Positions 59,774 through 64,000 of a stretch of DNA of 64,000 bases are shown here, one piece after another. Under the pieces are notes generated by a model that had not been told where the DNA came from, made no database searches, and was given only the letters and a program-made list of their open reading frames with translations. Origin of the DNA: Pelomyxa schiedti (Eukaryota; Protista; Evosea); NCBI GenBank assembly GCA_020536535.1, contig JAHLWZ010000794.1, forward strand, positions 1-64,000. Reading direction: 5' to 3'. The translations under genes and the position numbers were made by a program. Positions within the stretch are counted from its first letter, which is position 1. Every line of letters starts with the position of its first letter.

Positions 59774-60407
59774 CTCTGGTGCTGGGATTATGGGATTCGT
59801 AGGGTGCGATGAGGTAAACGGTGGTCGTTGGTTGACTGAGGGATAAAGAGAACGGCGAGTGACGAAGAAGAGGTAGGTCGATGAGGCCTCAGGAGTCGAA
59901 TTTCGATTTGTGGGGGGAGTCACAGTCCCAGAGGTGAATTGTGGGGCTGCGATGAGACCTACACGAATGGAAGGGGTTGGTTTATTTTGTGCTTGCCCTC
60001 CCTGGGTCTGTTGGGGAAAACAACAAACAAATAAAAAAAATGGAGAGAAAAAACGAGGAAAAAAAACCCTGAAATGGAGTGCTGCTGGGTGGCTTTCAAT
60101 ACCTTTGGGTTGGTAATTCAATTTGGGGGTGTGCACACTGATACAGAACGTCGGTGTCTGCACAAACCTTCTCCTGCTTAATATATCGTTTTCGCAGTTG
60201 CATTTTTAGATTTGGAGTTTTCGGCCAGAAGCTGTGTTCAGTGGCACCAATCACAGAGTACTCTTCCAAGGAGCGAACTCTAACCAAAAAAGAATATCCA
60301 GGCACCACCCACTGCTGGCAGCTCCACAAGGCAATCTGATCTACACCCTTAAGAAGGCTTCGTGTAACTTTGGAACCATGTTTCGCCAAACGCGAAACAA
60401 AAAAACC

Positions 60408-63400
60408 ATGGCATCATCAGCCGCCAAACCGTTGGGCGACGATTCAAAAGGTACCCCCGCCTCGTCCTCCCCCTCGTCCGCATCCACGGCCTCCTCTGCG
60501 TCGGGCGACGACGACTCGTGCACGCTGCGGCTGCACCGGCCGCCGCTGGAGCGCAGCACGACGCTGCAGTTCCTCGAGCTGGTGCGGAGGCGCGAGGCCG
60601 CGCTGGTCTCGGGCCCCGCGGTGCCCGCCGCCGCCGCCGCCGCCGCCGCGGCCCTCGTCGGGCGCGGGCACAACACCAGCCTGGCCATTGTCAGGCGCGA
60701 GCTGGCGGACGCCGCCGACGCCGCGGAGAGCACGCCGGACGCGATAGCGGCGGCGGCCGCGGGCGCCGCGGTGGGGGGCGAGCTGTCTTCGAAGAGCCCG
60801 TTCGCGGGCGCCCTGCGATCCGCTGCGAAAAAAAGACTCAGGGTGAATCTGGAGGTTGGGTGTTTGCTTTGTTTTTATTCTTTTGTTTTTTTGTTTCGTT
60901 TTGTTTTATGGTTTTATTTTTTTTTTTTTTTATTTTTGCTTGTAAGTGGATTGATTTTTATTATAGGAGCGACTTGGGGTGGAGTCTATGAGGGTACGAA
61001 TGACTGTAAGGAAAACAAGAGACGACAAGGGCCCAACTTCTCCTGAAGATGTTTGTTTTTCCCTCACTTTGAACTTGTATTACAATTATTACCCTCATTG
61101 TAGATACAAGGAGCATACTTCCATGCACTGTTGTGTATAATGAGCAAGAGCTGGACAATGAAGGTGACACCACTATTTCCTTTCATTCAGAGATTGATTT
61201 ATCTAGATGAACGAGGATCCAATGACGTTTATTGATTCTACATTTCAGGCATGGCTGTCCCGGCTTGCCTCACCCCTTGCACTCTCTGAAGAGGCTATAT
61301 TGGCATTTTGTGACACTCTTACTCTCTACACTGATGCCATGAAAAAAGACCCAGATGGTTAATTTAGAGATTGACTATTTTTCCCTCATTAATAATGCTC
61401 TTTGCACCAGTTCTCCCTGAATACTGTGATACGTTGAACGCATTTCAACCCCAATACTACCCAAGAGCCTTGGATCTCAACACAGTTCAACAAGTTCAAA
61501 CATTCTTTTCTACAACTATTGCCTTGCAGCACAAGGTATCTCCCTCCTGCAACGAAATCTTTTAACTGCATCAAGCCAAAATCTCCCGTTATGGAACGAC
61601 TCTTTGCCAAATTTCTTTTTCTATGTACAAGGGATCCTCAGACAACCAAGAAAGCCCTACTGGTGCCTACAGGCGCTTCTCTTTCCATTCTAATGCAACA
61701 TACAGCTTCAAAAATCTTTCAAAGTGGATTCTCTTGTTCATATGCAGGCCATACAAGTGGCCAATATTTTGTCAACTCCCTTAGTATTTTTCCTCCTTGA
61801 ATCCCTTTCTGCTTACTTGAAACAAGCTTACACGTGCCCATGCTCTTCAAAGGAAAAATAATCTCATGAATAACCCATTCTACTCTAATAGTGCTTTTAA
61901 AGTATGTTGAACTTCAATGGGCAACTTTTAACCATGGCAGGGAGGACCAGATTATGATTCCTGGATTTCTGCTGAGACCCGCAGTATAGAAGAAATTCTG
62001 AGTAGGCTTCCACCACCAGTTGTGACAAAACTTCCAATTCAAGGTATTGTCTTTTTTTTTTCCCCCTCTTTCTTCTTAAAAATTTACAGGGGGAGACCCA
62101 CTTGGCATTCTAGTTGTTTCAGGTTTGTTTTTTTTTGTTTTTTTTCCCATTCTCACCTTGGTTTCATTGTTAGTTGTACAAGCCAAAGGTCTTCCCGAAA
62201 AAAGAGGTTTTGCTAGTTACATCCTTTCACGTTGTCTTATATTTCTAGCCAATCTCCCTGTACAATGTACTTTGGAGCTGCAACATCACACACGCCATTT
62301 TACAAGTATTTTGCGAGCGAGTGATCACGCGTTTTGGGAAGAATCTTTTTCTTTGTATGCAACTTCTTTTGTTCCAACACTCACACTGAGGATCAGCTTC
62401 ATGTACCCTATTCAAGACAGTAAGACATCAGGACTGACAATATCAATAAAAGATAAAGAGAAAGACTATGGGAGCCTATTCTTCCTTGTACCTTTTTCCT
62501 ACTTTTGACCCTCAATAAAATTCTCCCACAGCCAGCTGACTTGATAGAATTGTCTAAACCTCGTACCGGATGGTTTCCTCTTTTACAAAAGAAAAAATTA
62601 AAGAAAGAGTGTCCTTTCCAACTGCAAGTGGTACTCCAGTTTCATCCCTTCCCATGGAATTCACCGCTTCCTCGACACTTCCATTATTACACGTACGTAA
62701 TTTCTCTATCCTGTCGTTGTAAACAGAAACCAAAAACAAAAACAGCTTGTGTGTCAGTGAAATACTGGAGTGTGATAAACAATCCACTAAAGGAAATTCT
62801 GTTGGCATCAGTGCCCATGCTCGCTGGGTACCACTTTAGATTATTTAGAATGTATAAAGCACAACCGCAAACAGCTTACCGTCGAGAATGAAAAAGATTC
62901 TCGATGAATATGCACTCCGATATGGGATACATCTAAACCTTAAAAGTCTCATGTACCTGCCCATGTTAAAAAAATTAATCTTATTCTTTAAAGTGAAGTG
63001 AATTATTATATCAAAGAGATGGAACAGTGCATTGCAATACACTTTTTGTCGCCAGCAGTTGCCCTATTGGAGAGTATATGTAACCCCCGTAATTCACTGA
63101 CATTATCAGAGGTAAGAGTTTTTCCCCTCACAATTGTTTAAATACACAATCAGCACAAATTATTGGAAGACGTTCTTGCTTCTGGAGAAAGGCTAGGCAA
63201 GTCCTGGATTATGAATTACTTTGTTGCCTTTGAGGAAAATAAGCCCCCCGGTCAACTGGATGCCTTGCTCAAGGTTTCAACATTACCCTTTACTATAATA
63301 ATTCCCTCTTATTCCAATTCCTTCTTCGTGCAGCTTACTGAAATGATACTGGCAAAATCCCATCCAGGCACTGAACCATCCGATGCTGTGGTTTCTTATC

Positions 63401-64000
63401 TCAAAGTACACCAGATGCTGTGCTTTCTTGACTAGAAACCAATAAATTTCAGGAAACCTGGATGTTGCAACTCGAAAACTTGGTTGCAGATGAAAAATCC
63501 ACTTCTGAGGAAGCCGTGAAGGAACTATTACAGTATCAATCAGCTATTTTTCCTCATAGCTCACATCACAAGGATAATTGAAATTATTACCAAATCTCTG
63601 GAAAGAGACAGCCAATTTTTTTACAGTACATTCAAGAAGTATCGGTATCACTTTCTCTCCCCCGATTTGGCTTCTCAAAGTCTAAAGTGTCGATTTGGCC
63701 AAAATCCAAACGGATTTGAGTGGCAGTTTCATTGAATCGAGATATCATTTAATCTCACAAGGAAAAGAGCCGTCTGTGATGTCGGAAAAACAACTTAACC
63801 TCTTTATTGAGCTGTACTTTAAGCTCACTGAGTTCGCGACATTTTTGCTGAAGCTTAACCCAGCGTATGCTTTCCCTATTATTTAACATCTCTTACTCAG
63901 GAAAGGTGGGTTCCCATTCAATTTATCAACAAATTTGAACCTTATGTTGTGAGCTGGTTATGGATGAGTGCTCACAAACTCCACGCTTGGATTGACTCCG
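60408..64000 (+). CDS. C2 + Munc13-homology (MUN/MHD)-like protein, runs off the window
   Basis: C2-like strands (VQAKGL...FWEESF...LTISIKD...GWFPL), ILDEYALRYGI and FEPYVVSWL. Confidence 0.55.

Noticed and set aside
1-64000. CRISPR arrays, tRNA and rRNA genes
   Set aside because: No regularly spaced direct repeats, cloverleaf with T-loop signature, or rRNA motifs were seen by eye.

Overview
Gene-dense, intron-rich eukaryotic DNA with short, mostly GT-AG introns, poly-T/poly-A first introns and GC-rich first exons. The style suggests a free-living amoebozoan, possibly an archamoeba (inference only). About 23 spliced protein genes can be reconstructed by hand: RhoGEF, ferritin-like protein, RPL27, Sec12/PREB, INTS6, a ubiquitin-ART fusion, isoamylase, DUF4062-NACHT-TPR, gamma-glutamyl hydrolase, TRAPPC6, RhoGAP, LRR-DUSP, expansin, class I GATase, a divergent actin, an ADD-finger protein, an acyltransferase, two BTB paralogs, a dynamin-like-RING fusion, a PPP phosphatase, an FHA protein and a C2/MUN protein. 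Features outside the ORF track: (1) an SRP RNA gene at ~6.0-6.26 kb, apparently without an Alu domain; (2) a second, unidentified structured ncRNA candidate at ~17.9-18.2 kb (- strand) with the same upstream CAAAACCCACCC..CCCATAA element; (3) two non-GT-AG introns, one with U12-type signals; (4) a decayed transposon/pseudogene zone at 24-30 kb with three long fold-back inverted repeats; (5) a MITE-like element at 45.45-45.94 kb. Exon boundaries and product calls come from manual reading and motif recognition, not database searches.
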